Origin: an uncultured Bacteroidales bacterium
Lineage (GTDB): Bacteria > Bacteroidota > Bacteroidia > Bacteroidales > FEN-979
Length of the DNA stretch: 64,000 nucleotides
NCBI GenBank assembly: GCA_903837605.1
Contig: CAILVF010000075.1
Coordinates: 153 to 64,152, forward strand
Direction of reading: 5' to 3'
Part shown: positions 16,746-26,623 of the stretch, piece after piece
Layout of the letters: every line of letters begins with the position of its first letter
Numbering within the stretch: position 1 is the first letter of the stretch
The notes under the pieces: model-generated
Database searches by the model: none
What the model was told of the DNA's origin: nothing
Seen by the model: only the letters and a program-made list of their open reading frames with translations
Translations under genes and position numbers: made by a program

Positions 16746-16753
16746 CAAAGTTA
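16746..16753 (-). promoter_or_regulatory. -7 box (TAACTTTG) for the isochorismatase-family gene
   Basis: caaagtta on the plus strand, 22 nt upstream of the start at 16724. Confidence 0.4.
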
Positions 16754-16795
16754 AGATACAAACCCAGATGGCGGAATATTAATGTACATTTTTCA

Positions 16796-16803
16796 TAATT
16801 TTG
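16796..16803 (+). promoter_or_regulatory. -7 box (TAATTTTG) for the TonB-dependent receptor gene
   Basis: Exact TAnnTTTG match located inside the ORF-track N-terminal extension. This argues for the ATG at 16839 as the true start. Confidence 0.4.
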
Positions 16804-16838
16804 CCACGCTTTTTCCAAAACTCGCTTTTACTTTTTTC

Positions 16839-19256
16839 ATGGTACGAAATGTTTTATTGTTACTGGGGCTTGCAATGCTCCCCGCACTTTTATTTTCCCA
16901 GGCGAAACCCAACGGCATTATTTCCGGAAGGATAATCGATACCCAGGGCAAAACTCCCGTTGAATACGCGAATGTGGCCATTGTTGACACCCTGGACGGG
17001 AAAATAGTCGGAGGGGTGGTAACTGACAGCACCGGTTCTTTCCGCCTGACCAACATCCCGTATGGAATTTATTTTCTCGATTACAGCTTCATCGGATATG
17101 AGAAAAAACGTTCAAAACCTATCGGCCTGGACCGCAAACACAGCCGTGCCGACGCAGGCGAACTTGGGCTTACGCCATCCGCAGTGAACATGAAAGAAGT
17201 AACGGTCAGTGCTGAAAGAAACATGATCGTGAGTAAAATAGACCGGAAAATTTTTAATGTACAGCAGGATATCATGGCCCAAACCGGAACTGTTACCGAT
17301 GTGCTGCAGAACATTCCTGCAGTTACCGTGGATATGGACGGGAATGTAAGCCTCCGGGGATCGGGAAATGTGACCATCCTGATCAACGGCCGGCCTTCGG
17401 CTATGGCAGGGACGGCAAGCCTTGAACAGATGCCGGCTTCCCTCATCGAACGAATCGAGGTGATCACTAACCCGTCGGCAAAATACCGGCCCGACGGAAC
17501 AGCAGGGATCATCAACATTGTTCTTAAGAAAAACCGCAAAGCCGGGTTTAACGGAAGCTTAGGGGGGAATATCGGGAACAACGACAGGTATACGACCAGC
17601 CTTCAGCTTAACCTGAACACAGGAAAGTTCAATATTTACGGCAGTTATGGTTACAGGAAAGATTACCGCTGGAGATGTGGGGACCTGAACTCCCAGACAA
17701 TAGACAGTGCGAATCACCAGTCGACTTACCTTTTCCAGCATTCAGAACAGTATTCAAGGCCGGTTTCAAACCTGGTTACGCTTGGAGCTGACTGGAATAT
17801 CGGCGACAGGGACGTTACCGGGATTTCAGGCACACTAAATTACAGGGATTTCAGCCGGCATTCAACAGCTTACAATCAGTATAAGAATGATTCGCTTCAT
17901 CCCGTCGAGGAGTTTACAAGGGACCAGGAGGGTCCTGATTACGAGACAAGCGTGGGCGTAAACGCATATTATGAGCATACATTCAACAGGGAAAATGAAC
18001 ACAAGCTCAGGGCCGATTTTGTGTTTCAGTATGACGATGAGCACGAGAACTATTCATATACATCGGTTTATACCATTCCCTTGTACCCTCAATCAATGGA
18101 TTACAACTACAACCATATTTTGGGTAAAAAACTGAACCTCGCCCTGACCTATTCAAGGCCATTATGGAAAAATGCCTCCCTGGAGACAGGTTATGACGGT
18201 AATATGGAAATCGCCGACCAGGATTTTCTTGTTCAAAACTATGACAACGAGAAGGGATCCTGGATTACCGATTCAACGCTCACAAATCATTATACAGGGA
18301 ACCAAACGGTGCATGCGGTTTTTGCCACTCTCTCCTATACCATAAAGAAATTCTCCTTTATGGCCGGCATCCGCCCTGAACTGGCCCTGCTGAACCTTGA
18401 TTTCATAACCAGGGATACTTCTATACGGCAAACATATTTTGCCGTATACCCTACTCTTCACCTTTCACTTGCATCAGGGAAGAATGAATGGCAGCTGAAC
18501 TATAGCCGCAGGGTAAACAGGCCGAGGCCGGAAGACATGAACCCTGTTCCCGAATACAGGGACCCGAGGAATTTCTGGGTCGGGAACCCGAATCTCAAAC
18601 CCGAGGACATCCATTCCTTCGAGTTCGGGTACGCTGTAAAATCGGAACATGTAACCCTTATCCCTTCAGTCTTTTATCGTTACCGCCTGAACGGAATTAC
18701 AACAATAACCTATAACAAGAATGATTCGGTGCTGATAACCTCCATGGCAAACCTGGCACATGACCAGAGCGCGGGTATCGACTTCAGCGGTAATGCCCAG
18801 GTTGCGAAGATCCTGAGCTTTAACTTCAGTGCATCGGGCTACTACAATGAGATCGATGCTTCCAATATAGGCTACAGCAGCAACAAGGCTACCCTTTCCT
18901 GGAATGCCAAACTCAATGCCTCCCTAAGCATAACCAAATCGACCATGTTTCAGGTAAACGGGCAGTATCGTTCTTCGGTACTCACCCCCCAGGGTATGCG
19001 TTATCCCACTTGGGTGGTAAACCTTGGGTTCCGCCAGGACTTTTTTAAAAAGAAACTTGCAATGCTGATCACAGTTTCGGACCTGTTTAATTCAAGTACA
19101 TCCAAAAGCACTGTAAACACAGCAGTGCTGGTACAGGAATCATTGAGAAGAAGAGACGGCCCGGTGATCTATTGCGGGTTTGTTTTCAATTTCAGCACCA
19201 TCAGTAAAAAAGAAAAGGACATCAAGTTCGAGTTTGACAACTCGATGGAACGCTAA
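16839..19256 (+). CDS. TonB-dependent receptor (CarboxypepD_reg domain + plug + beta-barrel)
   Basis: The signal peptide is MVRNVLLLLGLAMLPALLFSQA. The CarboxypepD_reg-like block is ISGRIIDTQGKTPVEYANVAIVD...GSFRL. A plug region and a long Tyr/Asn/Gly-rich barrel follow. Confidence 0.8.
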   Translation: MVRNVLLLLGLAMLPALLFSQAKPNGIISGRIIDTQGKTPVEYANVAIVDTLDGKIVGGVVTDSTGSFRLTNIPYGIYFLDYSFIGYEKKRSKPIGLDRKHSRADAGELGLTPSAVNMKEVTVSAERNMIVSKIDRKIFNVQQDIMAQTGTVTDVLQNIPAVTVDMDGNVSLRGSGNVTILINGRPSAMAGTASLEQMPASLIERIEVITNPSAKYRPDGTAGIINIVLKKNRKAGFNGSLGGNIGNNDRYTTSLQLNLNTGKFNIYGSYGYRKDYRWRCGDLNSQTIDSANHQSTYLFQHSEQYSRPVSNLVTLGADWNIGDRDVTGISGTLNYRDFSRHSTAYNQYKNDSLHPVEEFTRDQEGPDYETSVGVNAYYEHTFNRENEHKLRADFVFQYDDEHENYSYTSVYTIPLYPQSMDYNYNHILGKKLNLALTYSRPLWKNASLETGYDGNMEIADQDFLVQNYDNEKGSWITDSTLTNHYTGNQTVHAVFATLSYTIKKFSFMAGIRPELALLNLDFITRDTSIRQTYFAVYPTLHLSLASGKNEWQLNYSRRVNRPRPEDMNPVPEYRDPRNFWVGNPNLKPEDIHSFEFGYAVKSEHVTLIPSVFYRYRLNGITTITYNKNDSVLITSMANLAHDQSAGIDFSGNAQVAKILSFNFSASGYYNEIDASNIGYSSNKATLSWNAKLNASLSITKSTMFQVNGQYRSSVLTPQGMRYPTWVVNLGFRQDFFKKKLAMLITVSDLFNSSTSKSTVNTAVLVQESLRRRDGPVIYCGFVFNFSTISKKEKDIKFEFDNSMER

Positions 19257-19348
19257 GGAAGTCTTCTTTTGAAGTAATAAGAAGTTATGAACAGCTTCGG
19301 ATAATCAACCCGTTTCAACTTTATTTTAGAGTTTTATTTCTTCAGTCC

Positions 19349-22300
19349 ATGAAACGGATCATTATCCATTGGTTCTGTTTGTTTTTTTATTTTCTGTTCA
19401 GCACTGCTGATGCCCAGAATTTTGACAGCCTTCAGAATATCCGGATCATTGTTACTTTCAGTTCGCCTCCGGCATCTTACGCAGTCGTCAAAGCCCCGCT
19501 GCGCTTTAACAAGCTCTTTGCTTTCAGTATGGAAGAGGATGACGGGGAAAAGGACATATACACTAATGCATACCCATTTCTCAACGGGGGAACAGTAGCG
19601 GGTGTGACCTATCCGGGCCTGAAATATACCGATGGCTGCGGTAATGATCAGAAATTCAAAATGAGCGGGTCTATTTTTCCTTTTATATCACTTGGTTCGG
19701 TATTGGTGGATTGCCATGACCCTGCAACTACATATTCGGCACTTAATGTGACCTGGCCCCAGCTAACAGAGATGTACAAACAAAACTGGGGAGTTCTTGA
19801 CCACGGACTGACTTCAGGTGGAGGAGGCACTCCTGCTTATGAGGTTGCAAGGAACACAAGCTACATAAAACTGAAGTTGTCTGATGCTGCTTCAGGCGGG
19901 CCTGATGAAAAAATTTTCGTGAACCCGAACGGCGGAGATATTTATTCTCCTGATGCCTGGGCACAGGGGTATACGATATGCTACCGTGAAGGATACTCAT
20001 TTGCTGACCACAGCTTTAATGTTTCAGGGCCTTTTCCGCATCAGAACATCGGAATGCACAGGACCAATTCATATGAAGCATACAATCTCAGCAATCTGGT
20101 GGATATTTTTGCGAATGGCAGTACAGCCGGAGCGCACCAATGGGGAGTTGCCTTTACCCATTCAGTAACCAACAGCAATTACGGATACTCATTCGCCTCC
20201 TTTCAAAACCATATGAATTATATTTCCGATACATACGGCAAAAATGGGTTGGACAACATCCTGATGACTACCGAGGAGGAGATAATCGATTATCTGCTTG
20301 TACGTGACAGTATTACTGTTAACACCCAACTTTCAGGCAATGTCCTTACTATCTCATTCACCGGCAGCCTTACCAATAAATACAGGTTTTATAATTCCAC
20401 TCTGCTTATTTCAGCGGATCAGGATATTGCATCTATTGCAACACAGGGTGTTAAAACAAGTTCGTCTACAGGTGCAGGTTTGACGAACGGGATGGTTAAT
20501 ATCAGCTGGAACGGTCACTATGTTGTGCCACCTGAGGTGAATGCCGAAACCTGGGTGAGTAAAACTGAATCCTCACACAGCCAGGAGGATGCAAATGTCG
20601 CAATGGACTATGTTTTAATGGTTCCTCCCGGCCCGGCCCAAAGGAATTTCAGGATCAGGCTTTGCCAGGTCACCGGGCTGACCCTTCCATCAGAGTTTTG
20701 CGCCTACCGAAATGCCCCGGTATGCACAATACCTGACCTGGGCGGTTGTCCCGGCCACACGCTGGTTCTCCCTGTCCTGATCGACAGCTGTTTTAATATC
20801 ACGGGTTGTTACCAGAGAATAGAATACGATCCTGCCATCATGACTTTTATATCCGGATCAGCTGGCAAACCAAATATCCTGAGCGGGATGGGCATTACTG
20901 ACCAGGCTGTTGGCGGGTCCTCTTCACTGCGCAAGGTCCTTGTCTCATGGACAGGGGCTGCAGCTAAATCTCTCTCTGTCCATGATACTCTTGTAAAGCT
21001 TACTTTTTCTTATATTTCGGGTAATGCAAATGTTGCTTTCAACTTATCTTCCAACAGCGGAACAGACTGTAAATATCTAGATGAAGGTGGGAATACAATG
21101 TATCAATACCCTCCTTCAGACTATTATTTTAACGGTGAAGTTATTAATGCAAGGTTGGCGGCTCCAGGTGCAATAAGCGGGCCGTCTGCCCTTTGCCCCG
21201 GGTCTGCCGGCAATATGTATGCGATTGCCCCTGTCACCGGCGCAAATTCTTATGAATGGGACTTTCCTTCCGGGTTTACGATAACGCAAGGAGCTGGCAG
21301 CGACACTGTTTTTGTTACCGCCGGACCCAATGCGGTTTCCGGAACCATTACAGTCAGGGCGGTCAACGTTTGCAATGATAATCCTCTTTCGCCTGCTTTT
21401 ACGGTGACAATGAAATCCAAGACCATACCTGTCATCAACGGGACTACAGACACCTGCGCCATGTCGGCGGGACTTCTGTATCATACAGATAATGGAATGA
21501 CAGATTATTTGTGGACAGTTTCATCAGGCGGACATATCGTTTCAGGGCAGGGAACCGGGGATCTCACGGTTGACTGGGATGTACCGGGACCACAAACTGT
21601 CAGTTCGGTTTATCGCGGCGCAAATGGATGCATGGCGCCTGTGCCAACGGTAAAAAACGTTACAGTAAACCCACGCCCCCTGCCTTTCATCACCGGACCG
21701 GATACTGTTTGCCGAACTGTCACATCCTCATTCTCGACAAATCCAGGAAACCAATTATACCAATGGCAGGTGTCGCCAGGGGGAACTATAGAATCGGGCG
21801 GCACTACATCTCTGATCAATGTAAGATGGAATAATGAAGGATCCCAATGGATCCGCCTGACCTATTCAAACACCTATGGCTGCCAGGCACTTGCTCCTGT
21901 AGTAAAAAACATCTTTGTCTGCCCGATAGCGCAACCCGTCCTGGCAGGGCCCGACAGCCTTTGCGAAGGGGCTTCTGAAATATTGTACACAACCACGGCT
22001 GGGATGGTTGGTTATTCCTGGGCTGTGCTCTCAGGTGGCACGATTGTATCAGGCGCAGGAACCCCTTCAATTCATGTTAACTGGAACACACCAGGTGTTC
22101 ATCAGCTTCAACTTAATTATACCTACCCTGGAGGATGTGCTGCATTAGTCCCTTTCATTCTGCCAGTTCATGTTCATCAAAGACCGCTTCCTTATATCAA
22201 TGGTCCCGACAGCCTTTGCAAGGGATCGATAATGCTTTATTATTCCGAAAGCGGGATGAATAATTACCAATGGACAATTTCACCGGGAGGGATCATCCTT

Positions 22301-25207
22301 TCCGGCGCCGGAAAGGATTCTATAATTACCAGCTGGATTACACCAGGTAATCAGGCTGTCACATTAACTTACAAAAATTTTTTCGGCTGCTCGCCGGTGA
22401 ATCCTGTTACACATGACCTCCTGGTTCACACCCTGCCACTACCTTCAATTAACGGACCAACATCTGCATGCAACTTTACCGTGGGGAATAAATATACAAC
22501 CCAAACAGGTATGACAAATTATTCCTGGTCAGTAAGTTCTGGCGGTGTTATTACATCAGGGCCGGGGGAAGATACAATACATGTTAATTGGTATTCTCCG
22601 GGCATAAAGCAAATTACTGTAAACTACCTTGATCCTGATTTATGTACTTCCCCAACCCCTGCTTCCTACTCCATAATAGTAAATCCCATACCTGTTCCAA
22701 CAATTACAGGTCCATCGACCGTCTGTGCTGGTTCAACCGCAGTTTATTCCACCCAGGCTGCCATGAGCGGGTACAGCTGGATTGTATCAGCCGGCGGGAC
22801 AATCGTATCAGGACAGGGAACCCAAATTTTAAATGTGAAATGGAATCAGCCTGGACCCGGGATAGTGTCTGTAAATTACGCCAACAGTTTTGGCTGTTCT
22901 GCCATTAATCCTGTCGTAATGAATGTAACTGTTCATCCTTCACCAACACCTGCCATTACCGGGCCGGTGAGCCTTTGCCTGAACTCCACAGCCACATATT
23001 CTGCCGATGCCGGAATGAGCACTTATTCATGGACTGTCTCATCAGGTGGTACTATAGTTTCAGGCAATGGATCACCCTCAATCAATGTTAACTGGTTTGT
23101 GAGCGGAGACCAGTCCATTTCCCTCTCCTGCACGAACTCATATGGCTGCATGCCGGCACAACCGGTACAAAAACAGATCAGAATCCATCCTCTTCCAGTT
23201 CCTGAAATAAATGGGCCTGCTGCCCTCTGTTGCTATTCGGCTAATCAGGTTTATACGACACAGCATGGAAAGACTTCGTACCATTGGACTATCACTAACG
23301 GGGGGCTGATTACGTATGGCCAGGGGTCAGACTCAATACATGTTACATGGAATGTTGCAGGACTCCAGCATCTTACGGTAACCTATACAGATTCTAACGG
23401 TTGTATTCCAGCACTGCCAGGTTCATATTCAGTTAATGTCAATCCCCTGCCCAGCCCGTCAATTACCGGCCCTTCTGCAGTATGTGAAGGAGTTACAGGA
23501 AACACATACAGTACCCAGGATGGAATGGGCAGCTACCTGTGGAACATTTCACCAGGCGGGACGATATTATCAGGCCTTGGGACTTCTGTTATCCATGTAT
23601 TATGGGATTCGGCCGGAGCACGGTCTGTTTCGATAAACTATTCCACTTTGAATGGCTGTTATCCCCAGGCCCCATTTGTTAAAGCCGTAACCGTTTATTC
23701 CTTGCCGGTTCCAATTATTACAGGTCCCGACAGTCTTTGTATGAATGCAACAGGCGTTTATACAACTGAAAGCGGCATGCATAACTATCAGTGGGTCATT
23801 TCAGCAGGGGGAAGCATTATAACCGGATTGGGGACAAATACGATTTCCGTAACCTGGACAACGGCCGGCCCACGAACAATCTCAGTAAACTATTTGAATG
23901 ATAACAATTGTATGGCAACCTCTCCTGCGGTGTTTGATGTTATTATTTTTCCCCTTCCTGTTCTGACGATTTCAGGGCCAATTACAGTTTGTGCAAATTC
24001 CGATTCAGAAGTTTATTTTGCAGAAAGCGGGATGACAAATTATACATGGACGGTTTCAGCAGGAGGTGTCATTACCTCAGGCCAGGGTACTGACTCAATT
24101 CATGTTAATTGGGGCAACCCAGGTAATGCTGTTATTTCAGTTACATGCACTTCAACCAGAGGATGTCATCCAGCTTCACCTGCAATTCTAAATGTGATTA
24201 TTAACCCCCGGCCAGTACCTGACATATCTGGAAACAACATCGTTTGTTTGAATTCAGGCCCTAAATCCTATTTTACAGAGGATGGAAAACAGAATTACGT
24301 CTGGGCTGCATCATCAGGTGACACAATATTAAACGGACAGGGTACTCCATCTGTAATAGTTCAATGGGCCAATGCCGGCAACCGTTGGATCTCAGTCATC
24401 TATTCAACACCCTCGGGATGTCAAGCTGCGTCACCTGATACCCTTCACGTCATTGTCACACCTGTCCCCGGCCCGGCTTCTGCTATTTCGGGGCCATCCA
24501 TTCTTTGCGCCCCGGCATCATGGCAGGAGTATTCTGTACTTCCGGTGTCCGATGCCAGCGGATATTTCTGGAGCTTACCTTCCGGTGCCGTATTCCAGGG
24601 CAGCCCCAACAGTAATATCATACATATTTCATACCTGCCAAATGCTCAATCGGGCAATATGGCGGTTTATGGGACAAATGCCTGCGGCAACGGGTCTCCC
24701 TCAAGCCTGTTGGTCACGATAAATCCCATTCCTGCCCAGCCCAGTATTATCATGGGACAGGACAACACCCTTTTATCCAGTTCACTTTATGGCAACCAAT
24801 GGTATTTAAACAACCAGCCCATGCCTGGCGATACACTTAACCATCATCAAGTTACATTGACAGGCAATTATTTCACGATTGTAACGATGGATAATTGTGT
24901 CTCCGATACTTCAAATACTAAATATGTGATTGCCGTCGGAGTGCCCGAGAATTTTGAATCAGCAATTCAGGTTCATCCTAATCCCACAAAGGGGCCAATT
25001 ATCTTAGACTTCACCAACCCTCTTGAAAGAATTTATTGTGTTATTCTGTTAAATGAATTGGGTCAACAGATATACCGTTCCGAAAGGATGATCCCAAGAG
25101 GAGAATCTTCCTGGATTATTAATATCGGGGACGTGCCTCAGGGTCCCGTCATTCTGGTTATTCAGTCTGCAGAAAACATAGTCAGGAAAAAAATGATCAA
25201 AGAATAG
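19349..25207 (+). CDS. giant T9SS-secreted surface protein: CE4-like N-terminal domain, cohesin-like domain, 14 tandem Ig/PKD-like modules, T9SS C-terminal sorting domain
   Basis: 1952 aa with a signal peptide. The N-terminus has FSMEEDDG ... LDHGLTS (a polysaccharide deacetylase-like pattern). The repeat consensus is P-x-P-x-I-x-GP-x-x-x-C...Y-x-W-x-V/I-S-x-GG-x-I-x-SG-x-G...I-x-V-x-W...GC. The C-terminus VHPNPTKGPIILDF...VILVIQ is a Por/T9SS tail. Confidence 0.85.
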   Translation: MKRIIIHWFCLFFYFLFSTADAQNFDSLQNIRIIVTFSSPPASYAVVKAPLRFNKLFAFSMEEDDGEKDIYTNAYPFLNGGTVAGVTYPGLKYTDGCGNDQKFKMSGSIFPFISLGSVLVDCHDPATTYSALNVTWPQLTEMYKQNWGVLDHGLTSGGGGTPAYEVARNTSYIKLKLSDAASGGPDEKIFVNPNGGDIYSPDAWAQGYTICYREGYSFADHSFNVSGPFPHQNIGMHRTNSYEAYNLSNLVDIFANGSTAGAHQWGVAFTHSVTNSNYGYSFASFQNHMNYISDTYGKNGLDNILMTTEEEIIDYLLVRDSITVNTQLSGNVLTISFTGSLTNKYRFYNSTLLISADQDIASIATQGVKTSSSTGAGLTNGMVNISWNGHYVVPPEVNAETWVSKTESSHSQEDANVAMDYVLMVPPGPAQRNFRIRLCQVTGLTLPSEFCAYRNAPVCTIPDLGGCPGHTLVLPVLIDSCFNITGCYQRIEYDPAIMTFISGSAGKPNILSGMGITDQAVGGSSSLRKVLVSWTGAAAKSLSVHDTLVKLTFSYISGNANVAFNLSSNSGTDCKYLDEGGNTMYQYPPSDYYFNGEVINARLAAPGAISGPSALCPGSAGNMYAIAPVTGANSYEWDFPSGFTITQGAGSDTVFVTAGPNAVSGTITVRAVNVCNDNPLSPAFTVTMKSKTIPVINGTTDTCAMSAGLLYHTDNGMTDYLWTVSSGGHIVSGQGTGDLTVDWDVPGPQTVSSVYRGANGCMAPVPTVKNVTVNPRPLPFITGPDTVCRTVTSSFSTNPGNQLYQWQVSPGGTIESGGTTSLINVRWNNEGSQWIRLTYSNTYGCQALAPVVKNIFVCPIAQPVLAGPDSLCEGASEILYTTTAGMVGYSWAVLSGGTIVSGAGTPSIHVNWNTPGVHQLQLNYTYPGGCAALVPFILPVHVHQRPLPYINGPDSLCKGSIMLYYSESGMNNYQWTISPGGIILSGAGKDSIITSWITPGNQAVTLTYKNFFGCSPVNPVTHDLLVHTLPLPSINGPTSACNFTVGNKYTTQTGMTNYSWSVSSGGVITSGPGEDTIHVNWYSPGIKQITVNYLDPDLCTSPTPASYSIIVNPIPVPTITGPSTVCAGSTAVYSTQAAMSGYSWIVSAGGTIVSGQGTQILNVKWNQPGPGIVSVNYANSFGCSAINPVVMNVTVHPSPTPAITGPVSLCLNSTATYSADAGMSTYSWTVSSGGTIVSGNGSPSINVNWFVSGDQSISLSCTNSYGCMPAQPVQKQIRIHPLPVPEINGPAALCCYSANQVYTTQHGKTSYHWTITNGGLITYGQGSDSIHVTWNVAGLQHLTVTYTDSNGCIPALPGSYSVNVNPLPSPSITGPSAVCEGVTGNTYSTQDGMGSYLWNISPGGTILSGLGTSVIHVLWDSAGARSVSINYSTLNGCYPQAPFVKAVTVYSLPVPIITGPDSLCMNATGVYTTESGMHNYQWVISAGGSIITGLGTNTISVTWTTAGPRTISVNYLNDNNCMATSPAVFDVIIFPLPVLTISGPITVCANSDSEVYFAESGMTNYTWTVSAGGVITSGQGTDSIHVNWGNPGNAVISVTCTSTRGCHPASPAILNVIINPRPVPDISGNNIVCLNSGPKSYFTEDGKQNYVWAASSGDTILNGQGTPSVIVQWANAGNRWISVIYSTPSGCQAASPDTLHVIVTPVPGPASAISGPSILCAPASWQEYSVLPVSDASGYFWSLPSGAVFQGSPNSNIIHISYLPNAQSGNMAVYGTNACGNGSPSSLLVTINPIPAQPSIIMGQDNTLLSSSLYGNQWYLNNQPMPGDTLNHHQVTLTGNYFTIVTMDNCVSDTSNTKYVIAVGVPENFESAIQVHPNPTKGPIILDFTNPLERIYCVILLNELGQQIYRSERMIPRGESSWIINIGDVPQGPVILVIQSAENIVRKKMIKE
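21158..24725 (+). repeat. 14 tandem coding modules of about 85 codons (12 core modules flanked by two variant modules)
   Basis: I counted the repeats directly from the translation. Each has a Cys near the start and a G-C pair near the end. The copies have diverged and are not recent duplicates. Confidence 0.8.
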
Positions 25208-25291
25208 TATATGAGGCCTTTAATGGACCCGGAATTGGGATTGCCGGTGAAGGATTAATTTGGCAGGCTTGAATTTGAATAAATCATTTTA

Positions 25292-25299
25292 TATTTTTG
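25292..25299 (+). promoter_or_regulatory. -7 box (TATTTTTG) for the DUF3078 gene
   Basis: TAnnTTTG match 23 nt upstream of the ATG at 25323. Confidence 0.4.
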
Positions 25300-25322
25300 C
25301 CGGCTGTTAAACGACTAAAATT

Positions 25323-26267
25323 ATGAGAACTATTGCCTTATGCCTGCTCTCCATTATGCTGACGGGTTTTCTATATGCCCAGGATATTAAAACTGTTGCC
25401 ACCGGCCTTGATAAAGCGAGGGAAGAAGCCCCGCCCGATACAGTGAAGCATCACTGGAAATTCGGCGGGTTCGGATCCCTTACGATCAACCAGGCTGCGT
25501 ATTCAAACTGGGCAGCAGGAGGTACCAATTCAATTGGTGCCACAGGGATGCTAAACCTTAAACTTCGCTATTCCAAAAATAAACATTCATGGTCAAGCCT
25601 GCTGGATGCTGCATACGGCTTCCAGCTTATCGGAAAGACGGAAAATGCCAAATACAATAAAACGGATGATAAATTAGAGTTCACCACAGCTTACAGTTTC
25701 GAACTTCATAAAAACAAAAAGTGGTTTCTGACTTTACTGGCTAATTTCCGTTCTCAGTTTTCCAACGGTTATAATTATCCCAATGACAGCGTCCCGATCT
25801 CGAAATTTATGGCTCCGGGCTATGTTGTTATTGGTCTGGGCATCACATACCGCCCGGCAGCATTGTTCAGTTTGTATGTTTCACCTGCTTCAGGGCGCTT
25901 CACTTTTGTCCTGGACGACACCCTGTCGAAACAGGGCGCATTCGGTGTTGAAAAAGGCAAGAAAATCAAGGGGGAATTTGGTCCATATGTCAGGGCAGAC
26001 CTGAACAAGGATCTGACAAAAAATATAAACCTGACTTCATCACTTGAGCTGTTTTCCGATTATCTGCACAAATTCGGCAATATAGATGTTAACTGGAATT
26101 TACTGTTTACCCTAAAGGTTAACAAATGGCTGGCAACGATCATTAATTGCCAGGTGATTTATGATGATGATGTGCTGATCCAGACCAATCCGCCGGAACC
26201 TGCTTATGGACCCCGCACCCAATTCAAGGAAACAATCGGGGTTGGCATATCATACAAATTCCATTAG
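25323..26267 (+). CDS. DUF3078-like outer-membrane beta-barrel protein
   Basis: A signal peptide is present. The block WKFGGFGSLTINQAAYSNWAAGGTNSIG is characteristic as I recall the family. An alternating beta-strand pattern runs to the C-terminal YKF-H. Confidence 0.55.
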   Translation: MRTIALCLLSIMLTGFLYAQDIKTVATGLDKAREEAPPDTVKHHWKFGGFGSLTINQAAYSNWAAGGTNSIGATGMLNLKLRYSKNKHSWSSLLDAAYGFQLIGKTENAKYNKTDDKLEFTTAYSFELHKNKKWFLTLLANFRSQFSNGYNYPNDSVPISKFMAPGYVVIGLGITYRPAALFSLYVSPASGRFTFVLDDTLSKQGAFGVEKGKKIKGEFGPYVRADLNKDLTKNINLTSSLELFSDYLHKFGNIDVNWNLLFTLKVNKWLATIINCQVIYDDDVLIQTNPPEPAYGPRTQFKETIGVGISYKFH

Positions 26268-26304
26268 CAGGTTTGATTGGATTGGAGGATTGAAAAAAAT
26301 AAAG

Positions 26305-26312
26305 TAATTTTG
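26305..26312 (+). promoter_or_regulatory. -7 box (TAATTTTG) for small ORF 26344..26619
   Basis: TAnnTTTG match 31 nt upstream of the ATG. Confidence 0.35.
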
Positions 26313-26343
26313 GCAAAAGGAAATCCACACAAACGACAGCAGC

Positions 26344-26619
26344 ATGGCCCAACATGATTTGTACGACGATCACAGTTTAACACACGAAGAACTGAAATAC
26401 AGGGAACATACCGAAAGGGCAGCCCATTTTATCAAGATTGACCTGTTCCGTTCGGCCAGGGAGGAATTTAAAGCCGCTCTGGGCTATAAGCCAGGCGATG
26501 AGAAATGCCTTCTGGGAATCACAAGTATGAATGCCAACATACAAAGGGATAAAAAGACTGTTCTGGTGGTTGCCCCGATTGTCATTGCAATCATTGCAGC
26601 TATAGCAATTTTTGCATGA
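26344..26619 (+). CDS. small tail-anchored membrane protein (91 aa), hypothetical
   Basis: The ORF has its own -7 box. It has a helical N-terminal part and a C-terminal TM segment, VLVVAPIVIAIIAAIAIFA. Confidence 0.45.
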   Translation: MAQHDLYDDHSLTHEELKYREHTERAAHFIKIDLFRSAREEFKAALGYKPGDEKCLLGITSMNANIQRDKKTVLVVAPIVIAIIAAIAIFA

Positions 26620-26623
26620 TTTT

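Noticed and set aside
21158-24725. Regular ~255-bp periodicity as a CRISPR-like or satellite array
   Set aside because: The periodicity is entirely within one continuous 1952-aa reading frame, and the units have diverged at DNA level. These are protein domain repeats. No CRISPR repeat-spacer structure exists anywhere in the window.
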